Notes: generated from the letters alone by a model not told the origin. A stretch of 64,000 nucleotides of DNA from an uncultured Bacteroidales bacterium (GCA_937892155.1 CALAUG010000032.1:1517-65516); one strand, 5' to 3'; numbered from the stretch's first letter, positions 1 to 10,080 are shown. Numbers and translations are program-made.

Positions 1-1
1 C

Positions 2-391
2 AAAGCGGGATATATTGAGAATCCAAACAACCAGAAATTTCTACCCGATTCATACTATAGCGGGACAGACAAGACGTATTATTGCCTTTTAGAAGACAAT
101 TCCCTTGGTAAATGCGTTTTTAAGATAGATTATTTGGAAAATAGTTCTGCCATAAATGCAAAATTTATCATTGTAAACCCAATTACTTTTATGGGAATTA
201 CAGGGATTTCTCCCAATAATCTTGACATTCAACTTAATGTTAAAAAATATGAAAATACACTACAATTTGTTATACAAATTGTAGCAAAATACCAAACAAT
301 TTCTTTCCTTGAATCAAAACTGGAAAAATCGTTAAACGCCCGTCTTGACGCTTTATACAAGTGGTTCACCGATGAACTTGCAAAGGAGTAA
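2..391 (+). CDS. hypothetical protein, C-terminal part (gene starts upstream of window)
   Basis: The frame of ORF 134..391 stays open back to nt 2 (KAGYIENPNNQKFLPDSYY...). No family recognised. Confidence 0.45.
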   Translation, partial: KAGYIENPNNQKFLPDSYYSGTDKTYYCLLEDNSLGKCVFKIDYLENSSAINAKFIIVNPITFMGITGISPNNLDIQLNVKKYENTLQFVIQIVAKYQTISFLESKLEKSLNARLDALYKWFTDELAKE

Positions 392-529
392 TTAGGAATC
401 CGATATCTGGTTCACAACTTCTATAATTCCAATATACTGACATAATGAGCGAAAGTCATTTGAGTCTTTTTGTTTGGAAAACTTGTAAATTTTAATATAT
501 CTTTGAAGCGAAATATTGAAATTCATACT

Positions 530-1564
530 ATGAGAAAACATTTATTATTTGGATTGGCGTTATCAACGCTTATGGGCATAAGTGCCACAGTTTTTGCACA
601 AGAACCAGTAGTTATGCTTCATCACAATGGTGAACAAACTCCATTTCTTGGTATTGATGGTTTGAAACAAGCCTACGAGGCTGCGGTTGACAACGACACT
701 ATTTATTTACCTGGAGGTTCGTTCAATCAACCATCGGAGTATAAAAAAGGCATTCATATTTATGGAACAGGTATTTTGCCTGATAGTACAAAAGCTACAA
801 CAATTACGACTTTGAACGGTCAAACACGCATACGTACGGGTGCAGACAATTTCCACATAGAAGGTGTTCAAGGCAATTCAACAATTCGGTTTGGAGTAGG
901 CCAAGATACCATTACGCAAGTACGAGTTATTGGTTGTCGATTTACTGGAATAGAAGGAAATACTGCTAGTGATAAAATAACTAACATTCAGTTGGTACAA
1001 TGCATATTCACGGGAGATGTTAATCTTATTAGAATTTCTAATGCAATAATGAGAAATTGTATCATGTCTGGAGGTGGTAGAATTTTAAATTCAAACTACA
1101 ATTTATTTGAAAATAACGTGCTTATCAGTTCTGCATCCAGTTATTCATCTTACAGATACCTGTTTCAAGATAGTAATTTTAATCTTATTCGAAACAATGC
1201 AATGATAGGTGCGGGAGACGGAGGCTTATCGGGCTCTGCAAATTCATTATACAACAATATCAATTGCACTGGTGGAACTGAAAATACAGCAAACGAAAGT
1301 CCTTATACTGTGGCTGCGGAAAACATATTTGTAAACTACGTAAACGCAACATTTTCTTTTGATCAAGATTATCATCTTCAAAATCCTGAAGAATATTTGG
1401 GAACCGATGGAACGCAAGTCGGTATTTATGGTGGTGAATATGCGTGGCCAGATGCAAAGGCTGTGTTGCCATCAAATCCACATATTCGTGAGTTTGATGC
1501 TGCGTCAAATACTGACGAAAGTGGTATGTTGCAAATAAACGTAAAGGTTGGAGCTCAAAACTAA
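530..1564 (+). CDS. secreted right-handed beta-helix repeat protein
   Basis: ATG at 530 gives the signal peptide MRKHLLFGLALSTLMGISATVFAQ. The body has periodic N/G/I-rich turns (MRNCIMSGG, FENNVLISS, IRNNAMIGAG) typical of parallel beta-helix folds. Confidence 0.65.
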   Translation: MRKHLLFGLALSTLMGISATVFAQEPVVMLHHNGEQTPFLGIDGLKQAYEAAVDNDTIYLPGGSFNQPSEYKKGIHIYGTGILPDSTKATTITTLNGQTRIRTGADNFHIEGVQGNSTIRFGVGQDTITQVRVIGCRFTGIEGNTASDKITNIQLVQCIFTGDVNLIRISNAIMRNCIMSGGGRILNSNYNLFENNVLISSASSYSSYRYLFQDSNFNLIRNNAMIGAGDGGLSGSANSLYNNINCTGGTENTANESPYTVAAENIFVNYVNATFSFDQDYHLQNPEEYLGTDGTQVGIYGGEYAWPDAKAVLPSNPHIREFDAASNTDESGMLQINVKVGAQN

Positions 1565-1568
1565 TCCT

Positions 1569-3467
1569 ATGAGATTTCTAAGATGCATAATTGTCGTTCT
1601 TGCCACTTGCTTGACAAGCGCGTATGTGTTTTCTCAAAATGCCATTTCCCAATATCAATATTGGTTTAATGGCGATTTTGAAAATGCTGTGGTTGTGCAA
1701 CAGGAAATGACAAAAAATGTTGACGTTGCTCCAAAAATTGACGCAAGTTCTTTGTCGGAAGGCTTGCACGTGCTGAATATTCGTTTCCAAGATAAAAACG
1801 GCATGTGGAGTGCGGTGAAAAGTCAGTTCTTTGTGAAACCAGCACCGAAAATTGCAAAAGAAAATGCAATGTCTGTTTGCCAGTATTGGATAGATACGGA
1901 TTTTGCAAACGCAATTACTACGGAAACTGCAAACACACAAAATATTGTATTGGACACCAAATTGAATTTTGAAAGTCTAGTTGAAGGTTTGCACGTGCTG
2001 AATATGCGTTTCCAAGATAAAAATGGCGTATGGAGTGCGGTAAAAAGTCAATTTTTCTTGAAACCAACGCAGAAAGTTGCACAAGAAAATGCAATGTCTG
2101 TTTGTCAGTATTGGATAGATACGGATTTTGCAAATGCGGTAACAACGGAATCCACAAACGCACAAGATATTGTATTGGATACAAAATTGAATTTTGAAAG
2201 TCTAGTTGAAGGTTTGCACGTGCTGAATATTCGTTTCCAAGACAAAAACGGCGTGTGGAGTACGGTAAAAAGTCAGTTCTTTGTGAAGAAGGCATATAGA
2301 ACACAAACTGATGAAAAAATTGTTACCTATCAGTATTGGTTTGACAACAATTTTTCCGAAGCAAAAACAATGACTTTGGAAAATGCAAGCAAAAATGTTG
2401 ACTTTGCAGACAATATAGATTGCCGTCGCATTCCAAAAGGTGTTCACTATTTGAATTTCCGCTCTATGGACAATAGTGGAATGTGGAGTAGCGTGGTTAC
2501 CGACACAATTGAGAAAATCTCTTTGCCAATTGCTGATTTTACGTTCGATACACTTGAAATTACGTGTAAATCAATCACTTTGCAATTCAAAGACAATAGT
2601 ATTGATGGCGATGTGCGTCAATGGAATTTTGGCGATGACAGCAGTGTTGACACAAGTCGCAATCCGTCACATACGTTTGCCGAAGGTGAATTTTTTGTGT
2701 CGTTGATGGTGAGCGATACTACATTGAGTAGCGATAGCGCAAAAGCAATTCCACTTGCATTCGAGGAAGAACGATTGTATGAAGAACTTACGGAAACAGC
2801 GTGTGAGTCATTTGTCTGGAATGGAGAAACATTCACAGAATCAAATGATTACGAAAGAACATTTTTAACAGAAAATGGTTGCGATTCCGTTGTTACGCTT
2901 CATTTAACAATCAACAAATCGGTGGAAAATCACATAGAAGAACAAGCGTGCGAATCGTTTGTTTGGGGCAGTGAGGAATATACACTTTCGGGAGATTATA
3001 CGCAGACGCTACAGACTGTAACTGGTTGTGATTCAACAGTTACGTTGCATTTAACAATCAATCATGCAACAGTTTCTGATTTTAGCGAAACGTCATCTCA
3101 ACCATTTGTTTGGAATGGCGTAACATACAACGAAAGTGGCGATTACGTACAGACATTGGAAACACAAACAGGTTGCGACAGCGTTGTTACCTTGCATTTG
3201 ACGATTCAAACAGGAATAGAAAATGTGAATATTGCAAAAATCACAATGTATCCAATTCCGGCAAAAGATTACTTGAATATTGAATCTTCCGAGACAATTA
3301 CATTGATTGAAATTGTAAATACGACAGGACAAGTCCTTAAACGATTTGATGTATCGGGAAAACAGGCACAATGCGATGTGCAATCGTTACTTAATGGTGC
3401 ATATTCTGTTAAGATTTATCTTGACAATGTACCTGAACCAATACAAAAGAAGTTTGTGAAAAACTGA
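1569..3467 (+). CDS. T9SS-secreted multi-repeat surface protein (4 x 75-aa repeats, PKD-like domain, 3 x Cys repeats, C-terminal sorting domain)
   Basis: ATG at 1569 (MRFLRCIIVVLATCL signal) avoids overlap with the preceding gene. A PKD-like stretch is present (WNFGDDSSVDTSRNPSHTFAEGEFFVSLMVSD). The C-terminal ~80 aa (MYPIPAKDYLNIES...YSVKIYL) looks like a Por/T9SS CTD. Confidence 0.8.
   Translation: MRFLRCIIVVLATCLTSAYVFSQNAISQYQYWFNGDFENAVVVQQEMTKNVDVAPKIDASSLSEGLHVLNIRFQDKNGMWSAVKSQFFVKPAPKIAKENAMSVCQYWIDTDFANAITTETANTQNIVLDTKLNFESLVEGLHVLNMRFQDKNGVWSAVKSQFFLKPTQKVAQENAMSVCQYWIDTDFANAVTTESTNAQDIVLDTKLNFESLVEGLHVLNIRFQDKNGVWSTVKSQFFVKKAYRTQTDEKIVTYQYWFDNNFSEAKTMTLENASKNVDFADNIDCRRIPKGVHYLNFRSMDNSGMWSSVVTDTIEKISLPIADFTFDTLEITCKSITLQFKDNSIDGDVRQWNFGDDSSVDTSRNPSHTFAEGEFFVSLMVSDTTLSSDSAKAIPLAFEEERLYEELTETACESFVWNGETFTESNDYERTFLTENGCDSVVTLHLTINKSVENHIEEQACESFVWGSEEYTLSGDYTQTLQTVTGCDSTVTLHLTINHATVSDFSETSSQPFVWNGVTYNESGDYVQTLETQTGCDSVVTLHLTIQTGIENVNIAKITMYPIPAKDYLNIESSETITLIEIVNTTGQVLKRFDVSGKQAQCDVQSLLNGAYSVKIYLDNVPEPIQKKFVKN
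1653..2552 (+). repeat. four in-frame tandem 225-bp (75-aa) repeats; units 2 and 3 are nearly identical at DNA level
   Basis: Unit starts are at 1653, 1878, 2103 and 2328 ((Y/C)QYW(F/I)D..F..A ... EGLHVLN(I/M)RFQDKNG(M/V)WS.VKSQFF). The period is exactly 225 nt. Confidence 0.85.
2802..3209 (+). repeat. three in-frame ~49-aa Cys-containing repeats
   Basis: The motif CESFVW(N/G)..(T/Y)..S(N/G)DY...(L/F).T..GCDS.VTLHLTI(N/Q) occurs three times, with starts near 2802, 2949 and 3102. Confidence 0.8.
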
Positions 3468-3558
3468 TTTATACGATAATTGGATTGCAATGTACAAGTT
3501 AGAATACTAAAATTCAAAACTAATACGTAAATCATTATTAATTAAATTTATATTGACT

Positions 3559-4113
3559 ATGAAAAAGAAATTATTTTATGCCTTAATGGCTGTAATTACA
3601 AGTTTTTCACTTGTAAGTTGTGGTGATGATGAAGATGACAAAACATCTGATTCAAAAATCTTAAAAGAGTTGAAAGACAATCAAGCGTATTGCGATGGGA
3701 AAATCGTTGACTTGGAATACCATTTAGCTGTCCGTCCAGCACAAGTTGATGGCGATTATGTTGATGAAGGAGCTCATTATCTCGATCTCACTAGTGATGA
3801 ATTTAATGCTCGATTAGATCTTGGAACGCCACTTGTAGGTTCGACAATCAATTTGGCTAAACCTTGTCCAGACGTAAAAGAACATCAATTTTCGTTTCGT
3901 TGTGAACAATGTGGCATAGATGTGTATGATAATACAATATATTCAACCATTCAAGACGTTATTTACGAAAATGAATCTTGTTTTTCATCGGGTATGGTGG
4001 TTATAGGTGAAAGTATTAATGAATTCACTTTTACATTGGAAGGAACCATTAAAAATGGTACAGTAATCGCCATTAAAGTAGTTGTGCCAGCAGATGAAAT
4101 TCAGGTATGGTAA
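3559..4113 (+). CDS. lipoprotein, unknown function
   Basis: MKKKLFYALMAVITSFSLVSC lipobox followed by an acidic linker (GDDEDD). No family recognised. Confidence 0.65.
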   Translation: MKKKLFYALMAVITSFSLVSCGDDEDDKTSDSKILKELKDNQAYCDGKIVDLEYHLAVRPAQVDGDYVDEGAHYLDLTSDEFNARLDLGTPLVGSTINLAKPCPDVKEHQFSFRCEQCGIDVYDNTIYSTIQDVIYENESCFSSGMVVIGESINEFTFTLEGTIKNGTVIAIKVVVPADEIQVW

Positions 4114-4140
4114 AATAATAGTGAAGAATTGCATTTTACA

Positions 4141-4172
4141 AAAAAAGGCTCGCCATATTGACGAGCCTTTTT
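4141..4172. terminator. bidirectional rho-independent terminator between convergent genes
   Basis: Stem GGCTCG (4147-4152) pairs with CGAGCC (4162-4167), with an A-run on one side and a T-run on the other. Confidence 0.6.
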
Positions 4173-4188
4173 CATTCTAAAAAAAATC

Positions 4189-4737
4189 TTATTTCTTAAA
4201 ATAGCGGTTGTATAAACCTTGGAAACCTTGTCCGTGACGAGCTTCGTCTTTTGCCATTTCGTGAACAGTGTCGTGAATAGCATCTAAATCTTTCATTTTT
4301 GCATTTTTAGCAATACGCATTTTGTCCTCGCATGCGCCAGCTTCTGCCATCATACGTTTTTCAAGGTTTGTTTTTGTATCCCACACAACATCGCCAAGTA
4401 ATTCTGCAAATTTAGAAGCATGTTCTGCTTCTTCAAATGCGTAGCGTTTGAAAGCTTCTGCAATTTCTGGGTAACCTTCGCGGTCAGCTTGACGACTCAT
4501 AGCCAAGTACATTCCTACTTCAGTGCATTCACCCATGAAATGTGCGTTTAAGTCTTTCTTCATTTCTGCATCACAATCTTTTGCGATACCAATAACGTGT
4601 TCTGTTACAAATGTTAAGCCTGCTTTTTCGTCAGCAACTTTCCATTCTACAATTTGTTTACATTGTGGACAGCGTTCTGGAGCTTCGTCACCTTCGTGAA
4701 CATAGCCACATACTGGACAAATAAATTTTTTTGACAT
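4189..4737 (-). CDS. rbr: rubrerythrin with reversed domain order (N-terminal rubredoxin-like, C-terminal diiron ferritin-like)
   Basis: CPVCGY...CPQCKQ lies at the N-terminus, followed by ExxH diiron motifs (EEAEH, DEARH). Confidence 0.9.
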   Translation of the reverse strand: MSKKFICPVCGYVHEGDEAPERCPQCKQIVEWKVADEKAGLTFVTEHVIGIAKDCDAEMKKDLNAHFMGECTEVGMYLAMSRQADREGYPEIAEAFKRYAFEEAEHASKFAELLGDVVWDTKTNLEKRMMAEAGACEDKMRIAKNAKMKDLDAIHDTVHEMAKDEARHGQGFQGLYNRYFKK

Positions 4738-4746
4738 AATTTTTAA

Positions 4747-5172
4747 TTATTTAGTTAAACATAGATTACATATTCCTTTATAGTACATTTGAGTTTCTGT
4801 AATTTTAAAATTCTTTAAAATTACGTTGTCAGATGGATAATCAAACTTTTGCTCAATATCAAAAATTTTTCCACAACAATTGCACATAAAATGTGCGTGT
4901 TGAGTGGGATAACCATCGTAATGAACCATTTTATCGTCTATAAGAATTGATAGAATAGCCCCTTTGGATTCCAGTAATTGCAATGTGTTGTATATTGTTG
5001 TTTTTGAAAGCGTTATCATTTCCTTTGATAGCGCCTCGTAGATTTCATCAATAGCTGGATGAGTTCTATGTTCCAACAAATACTTTAAAATTGCAATTCG
5101 TTGAATCGAAGGTTTTATACCAAAAAAAATCAATCTATCAATCACGTGTTTATTTGTAAGGGCTGTAATCAT
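4747..5172 (-). CDS. Fur-family metalloregulator, PerR-like
   Basis: Start taken at MITALTNKHV. wHTH (IQRIAILKYLLEH) and two CxxC pairs (CNCC, CNLC). Sits 9 nt upstream of rbr in the same orientation. Confidence 0.85.
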   Translation of the reverse strand: MITALTNKHVIDRLIFFGIKPSIQRIAILKYLLEHRTHPAIDEIYEALSKEMITLSKTTIYNTLQLLESKGAILSILIDDKMVHYDGYPTQHAHFMCNCCGKIFDIEQKFDYPSDNVILKNFKITETQMYYKGICNLCLTK

Positions 5173-5193
5173 TATAAATTTGTAATCATTACA
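5164..5193 (-). promoter_or_regulatory. candidate Fur/PerR operator: TGTAATCATTA direct repeat, second copy forming the 6-1-6 palindrome TGTAATcATTACA
   Basis: The palindrome lies at 5181-5193. The first copy (5164-5174) overlaps the proposed start codon at 5170-5172. Confidence 0.4.
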
Positions 5194-5391
5194 AAAATAT
5201 AAAATTTTCAAAGACAAACAAAAGAATGGAATTTTTTTTGTAGCAAATTGAACAGTTTAGGAGATTTTTATTTATTACGAAATTCCAATCACTAATCTCT
5301 ATTTACAACTTTATTATTTGAATATTTAATAAATCCAATACCTTTGCATTGGTTGATTATGGTAATCAACACGATTCAAAAACGGTGTACA

Positions 5392-5805
5392 ATGTTTTGT
5401 ATTACAATAAATTCGCTAGATGAAATTTCCAAAGCGGCTGCAGAATTCAAAGCTGCGATTGGCGACCATAAAGTAATTGCCTTCCACGGAGAAATGGGAG
5501 CTGGTAAAACAACATTTATCAAAGCATTATGTAAAGAATTTGGTGTAACCGACAATGTTTCGAGTCCAACATTTGCAATCATCAACGAATACTTAACTCC
5601 CGACAAATCAACAATTTACCATTTTGATTTATATCGTTTGGAAACCATAGCTGATTTACAAAACATTGGAGCCGAAGATTATTTCTACAGCGGAAGGCTA
5701 TGCCTAATCGAATGGCCAGAAATTGCAAAACCTTTATTGCCTGGCAATGTATTAGACGTTACTATTTCGGTTGCCGAAGACAAGACCAGATGCATTAAAT
5801 TTTAA
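5392..5805 (+). CDS. tsaE: tRNA t6A37 biosynthesis ATPase TsaE
   Basis: P-loop GEMGAGKTTF, ~137 aa, YjeE-like layout. ATG at 5392. Confidence 0.85.
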   Translation: MFCITINSLDEISKAAAEFKAAIGDHKVIAFHGEMGAGKTTFIKALCKEFGVTDNVSSPTFAIINEYLTPDKSTIYHFDLYRLETIADLQNIGAEDYFYSGRLCLIEWPEIAKPLLPGNVLDVTISVAEDKTRCIKF

Positions 5806-5831
5806 GATAAAAGGAGAATCATTCTTACTTC

Positions 5832-7028
5832 TTAACTCTTAACTTTTCTAGATTTCCATTCTATTGGTCTGCACAATGATACCACGGGTATAAAGGTTGT
5901 GTAAAGGAAATACACGCATTGCAACGGTATTGCAAGCCAAACATACGTTTGCGACAAAAACTGTTTTCTTGTTTTCACAAACAAAACAGTATCGCACAAC
6001 AACTTTATCAAAAACAAAAAAACAAAAACTACCAAGGCCTTAAGCATACCGAAACACGACAATAGTGCACTTACCGTAAGTATGAGACAATAAACATACA
6101 CAACACATGCTATAAAAATTGAATCACCATCTTTATAGCCAGTTGCCTTTGATGCCCATCTACAACGTTGACGAAAGAATGCCGTGACAGAATTAGGAAC
6201 ACTTGTTTTTACAGCGGCATCCGCATCAGGAATAAAAAAAACACTATTCTTTTTCAAACGTTTAGCCTTATGCAACAAAAAAACATCATCACCCGAAGCA
6301 AAGTGTCCATTGGTATCGTACGCATCTTTGTAGAAGGATTTTGTAATGCACATATTGGCTCCATTACAACTAAACGGATGACCAACAGCAGCCAAGCCGT
6401 TTTGCACACTAACGATACCTATAAAATCCAAAGCTACGCATTTCTCTATCAACGACGATTGCTCCGTGATTGTTGGAACAACATTTCCAAAATATAAATT
6501 TCCCGAATGCTGCGAAACAAATGACACATACGATTCTATCCAATTTTCCGTAAGTTCACAATCGGCATCGGTAAACAAAATCAATTCACCTTTTGCCCGA
6601 GATAATGCCTGCTGCAAAGCCTGTTTTTTCCCTTGTGACCGTTCATCAGCAGAAAGAACCACAAGATTTTCCATCTGTAATGCACAATCATTTAGAATTT
6701 GCAGTGTTGCATCGGTGGAATGATCATCTATGACAATAATCTCGAAACAATCAGAAGGATATTTTTGTTTATGAAGCAATTGGATTAGCCGTGCAATGCA
6801 ATCTTCTTCGTTGCGAGCGGCCACAACAACAGAGCAAAACGGATATGAACATGGAATTTTGCCTGAATCACTTTGTTTTTTCCACCCTAGAATAGAAAAC
6901 AAAACGATAAACAGATAGCAATACGCAATACAAACGACAAAAATCAGAACTATCATATCAGTGAAAAGCAAACCAGACAAAGATAGAGTTTTAATAGCTA
7001 TTTCATACGATATATGAAATAAAACCAT
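5832..7028 (-). CDS. membrane-bound family 2 glycosyltransferase
   Basis: VVVAARNEE, IVIDDHSTD, TDADC (DxD) and QRCRWA motifs, with an N-terminal TM and C-terminal TM bundle. The start is uncertain (alternative ATG at 6956). Confidence 0.8.
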   Translation of the reverse strand: MVLFHISYEIAIKTLSLSGLLFTDMIVLIFVVCIAYCYLFIVLFSILGWKKQSDSGKIPCSYPFCSVVVAARNEEDCIARLIQLLHKQKYPSDCFEIIVIDDHSTDATLQILNDCALQMENLVVLSADERSQGKKQALQQALSRAKGELILFTDADCELTENWIESYVSFVSQHSGNLYFGNVVPTITEQSSLIEKCVALDFIGIVSVQNGLAAVGHPFSCNGANMCITKSFYKDAYDTNGHFASGDDVFLLHKAKRLKKNSVFFIPDADAAVKTSVPNSVTAFFRQRCRWASKATGYKDGDSIFIACVVYVYCLILTVSALLSCFGMLKALVVFVFLFLIKLLCDTVLFVKTRKQFLSQTYVWLAIPLQCVYFLYTTFIPVVSLCRPIEWKSRKVKS

Positions 7029-7054
7029 ATTTTTGTATAGATTGATTTTTTGGT

Positions 7055-8014
7055 ATGGCAGAACAAATTATATATTTAGACACCGTGGAACCAATTGATA
7101 TTCTTGGCGTACGCAACGAAAAATTTGATGCCATAAAAAAGTTCTTTCCAAAAATAAAAATCATTTCCCGGGGCAACGAAATCCATCTTATTGGAAGCCA
7201 AAAAGAGATAGACAATTTTGAGCGTCAGTTTCAAAAAATTTTAACGCACACACAGCGTTATCACGGCATTTCGTTACAGCAAATACAAGATATTCTTTCA
7301 AATTACGAAGCGAACGAAAGCTTATATGGAAATGAAAATCCAAACAATGAAATTTTATTTTACGGCAACGAAGGGAAGCCAATAAAAGCACGCACCACCA
7401 ACCAAAAGAAAATGGTAGAGAAATGCGTCGAGAACGACTTGGTTTTTGCAATCGGTCCTGCTGGCACAGGAAAAACATACACTGCCGTTGCACTTGCCGT
7501 GAAAGCATTGAAAGACAAAGCAGTGCAACGAATTATTCTCTGTCGACCTGCCGTTGAAGCTGAAGAAAAATTAGGATTTTTGCCAGGCGACATGCGAGAA
7601 AAATTAAATCCGTATTTGCAACCGCTTTATGATGCTTTGCAGGATATGCTGTTGCCACGGAAATTACAGGATTACATTGACACCAACGTGATTCAGATTG
7701 CTCCCCTCGCCTATATGCGTGGACGCACATTGAACAATGCGTTTGTGATTCTTGACGAAGCGCAAAATGCAACGTTAAACCAGCTGAAGATGTTTCTGAC
7801 ACGTATGGGAGAACATGCAAAATTCATTGTAACTGGCGATGTAACTCAAATTGATTTGCCAGACAAAAACAAGTCGGGACTCGCAAAAGCAGTTTCTATG
7901 CTGGAAAAGACTAAAGGCATTGCAACGGTCAACTTCAACGAAAAGGATATAGTGAGACACAGATTGGTATCGCATATTATTGCGGCTTTTGAAAACAACG
8001 AAAAAAATTATTAG
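7055..8014 (+). CDS. phoH: PhoH-family ATPase
   Basis: Walker A GPAGTGKTY and Walker B FVILDEAQN. The full length resembles PhoH/YbeZ. Confidence 0.9.
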   Translation: MAEQIIYLDTVEPIDILGVRNEKFDAIKKFFPKIKIISRGNEIHLIGSQKEIDNFERQFQKILTHTQRYHGISLQQIQDILSNYEANESLYGNENPNNEILFYGNEGKPIKARTTNQKKMVEKCVENDLVFAIGPAGTGKTYTAVALAVKALKDKAVQRIILCRPAVEAEEKLGFLPGDMREKLNPYLQPLYDALQDMLLPRKLQDYIDTNVIQIAPLAYMRGRTLNNAFVILDEAQNATLNQLKMFLTRMGEHAKFIVTGDVTQIDLPDKNKSGLAKAVSMLEKTKGIATVNFNEKDIVRHRLVSHIIAAFENNEKNY

Positions 8015-8038
8015 ATAAATAAATTAAACTGTATTATA

Positions 8039-8992
8039 ATGGACGCTTTAACAAAAACAAATTTTAATTTTCCAGGGCAAACAAGCGTGTACAACGGCAA
8101 AGTTCGTGACGTTTACAGCATTAACGACGACATTCTTGTAATGGTGGCAACCGATCGTATTTCGGCATTTGACGTTATTCTTCCAAAAGGAATTCCATAC
8201 AAAGGTCAGATGTTGAATCAAATTGCGTCAAAATTCCTTGATGAGACAAAAGACATTTGTCCAAACTGGAAACTTGCAAATCCAGACCCAATGGTAACAG
8301 TTGGTTTAAAATGCCAAGGATTTCCTGTAGAAATGATTGTTCGTGCTTATTTATGTGGTAGTGCTTGGAGAGCATACAAAAGTGGCGTTCGTGAACTTTG
8401 TGGTATTAAATTGCCAGAAGGAATGAAGGAAAACCAAAAATTTCCAAAACCAATCATCACTCCTACTACAAAAGCCGAAATTGGAGAACACGACCAAGAT
8501 ATTTCAAAAGAAGAAATTTTAAAACGAGGACTTGTTTCAAAAGAAGATTACGAGGTATTGGAAAAATACACTATGGCCTTATTTGAAAGAGGAACTGAAA
8601 TCGCAGCTAAACGCGGATTGATATTGGTTGACACTAAATATGAATTTGGCAAAAAAGACGGTAAAATCTATTTGATAGACGAAATCCACACTCCCGATTC
8701 TTCCCGCTACTTCTACGCAGAAGGTTACGAAGAACGCTTCGCAAAAGGTGAAGCACAAAAACAACTTTCAAAAGAATTTGTTCGTGAATGGTTAATGGAG
8801 AACGGTTTTCAAGGTAAAGAAGGACAACAAGTTCCAGAAATGACTCCACAAATCGTAACATCAGTCAGCGACCGTTACATTGAATTGTTTGAAAACATAA
8901 CGGGCGACAATTTCGTAAAGAACCGTGGAAGCGAAGGCGATATAGCCGATCGTATCCGCAAAAATGTTGAGAACTATCTCAAAACAATCTAA
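8039..8992 (+). CDS. purC: phosphoribosylaminoimidazole-succinocarboxamide (SAICAR) synthase
   Basis: [16 protein letters not shown] and LVDTKYEFG motifs; long (~317 aa) form. Confidence 0.9.
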   Translation: MDALTKTNFNFPGQTSVYNGKVRDVYSINDDILVMVATDRISAFDVILPKGIPYKGQMLNQIASKFLDETKDICPNWKLANPDPMVTVGLKCQGFPVEMIVRAYLCGSAWRAYKSGVRELCGIKLPEGMKENQKFPKPIITPTTKAEIGEHDQDISKEEILKRGLVSKEDYEVLEKYTMALFERGTEIAAKRGLILVDTKYEFGKKDGKIYLIDEIHTPDSSRYFYAEGYEERFAKGEAQKQLSKEFVREWLMENGFQGKEGQQVPEMTPQIVTSVSDRYIELFENITGDNFVKNRGSEGDIADRIRKNVENYLKTI

Positions 8993-9065
8993 TACAAGTT
9001 TCTGATGTCGGTAGTTGGTTGCCATAACTGACTACCGGCAACTGAAAACAGATAACTCACCTCCA

Positions 9066-10064
9066 ATGCAAAAAAATCTCGTCGGCACGCAATACACCTA
9101 CTCTTTTGATTTCGTCCTCCCTGACGAAAAAGAGATGCAAAACGACGATTTGGGGTTGTTGTTCCACGGAAAATGCCTACAAACAGGAGCATCGGTAATT
9201 GTACGATATATTAGGAACAAACAACTCATAAAAAGTACCCAACATTTACAATTAGTACGACAAATTTTTCTCGGACTCAACCAAATACACCAAGGTATTG
9301 TACAAACATACGACTGTTTAATTGACGAAGATGGGCTTTATTTCATCCGTGAAGAATTAATTGGTGCCGATTTACAACAGATTGCATTTTCTGGAGATTA
9401 TCCGCACTTACGCAATCAAAAATTCATACTGAAAGTTGGCAGCAAAGTTTGTGAAATTTTAACGGAATTACATAGAAACAAAATTATCAACAGAAGAATA
9501 CAGCCGAGCAATATTTTTTTGGTAGCCAACGATTTAGGACAAATTGACGTAGACAACCCAACCGTAAAATTGCTAAATTTGGAATATGCACAAATCAATG
9601 GTCAAAACATACTTGGGTTTCAAACTATTCCCTACGCAAAATATTATTCCTCGCCAGAGCAAGTTTTACAATGCGGCGTATTAGTAAATGAAACCAGCGA
9701 CATTTACAGCTTAGGAATGACGTTGAATGAATCAATTTCACGCGAACACGTATTTGACAGCGAGAAAGACGACAACAATCTGATACTCAACACACAAGTA
9801 TCTTTTCCATTACATAGGCACCACCGCGTGGATAAAAAAGTATTTCCTCTTTTGTTAAAAGCAACAAGTAAACATATATTCAAAACGCCACCAATGCGTT
9901 ACAATAAAGATTCACGTCTACGTTATTTTTGGAATGCACAAAAGATGAGATATCAGTCTGCAAGTGAAATGCAACAAGCATTAGATGCACTCATACAGGA
10001 ATTGCCAGATGAAAAAGAAAACAAAATCCTAACGAAATTCAAATCGATATTTAGAAGAAGCTAG
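9066..10064 (+). CDS. Hanks-type Ser/Thr kinase-like protein, predicted catalytically dead
   Basis: Kinase subdomains are recognisable (YSSPEQ = APE, SDIYSLGMTL = subdomain IX). However VAIK is VIVRYI, HRDxKPxN is NRRIQPSN, and DFG is NLE. Confidence 0.7.
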   Translation: MQKNLVGTQYTYSFDFVLPDEKEMQNDDLGLLFHGKCLQTGASVIVRYIRNKQLIKSTQHLQLVRQIFLGLNQIHQGIVQTYDCLIDEDGLYFIREELIGADLQQIAFSGDYPHLRNQKFILKVGSKVCEILTELHRNKIINRRIQPSNIFLVANDLGQIDVDNPTVKLLNLEYAQINGQNILGFQTIPYAKYYSSPEQVLQCGVLVNETSDIYSLGMTLNESISREHVFDSEKDDNNLILNTQVSFPLHRHHRVDKKVFPLLLKATSKHIFKTPPMRYNKDSRLRYFWNAQKMRYQSASEMQQALDALIQELPDEKENKILTKFKSIFRRS

Positions 10065-10080
10065 GAAACTGGATTAAAGA

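Noticed and set aside
470-529. Upstream alternative starts given by the ORF track (470, 1548, 3553, 5344, 9015, 16507, 20498, 27781, 39436, 48695, 51353, 52788)
   Set aside because: In each case an internal ATG gives a proper signal peptide or a family-typical N-terminus and removes overlap with the preceding gene. The upstream extensions are mostly non-ATG starts with no conserved features.
1578-2447. Several 60-128-aa minus-strand ORFs (1578..1940, 1666..1914, 1918..2304, 1977..2165, 2202..2447)
   Set aside because: They lie antisense to a well-supported repeat-containing gene and simply mirror its 225-bp periodicity. Their products are low-complexity with no recognisable motifs.
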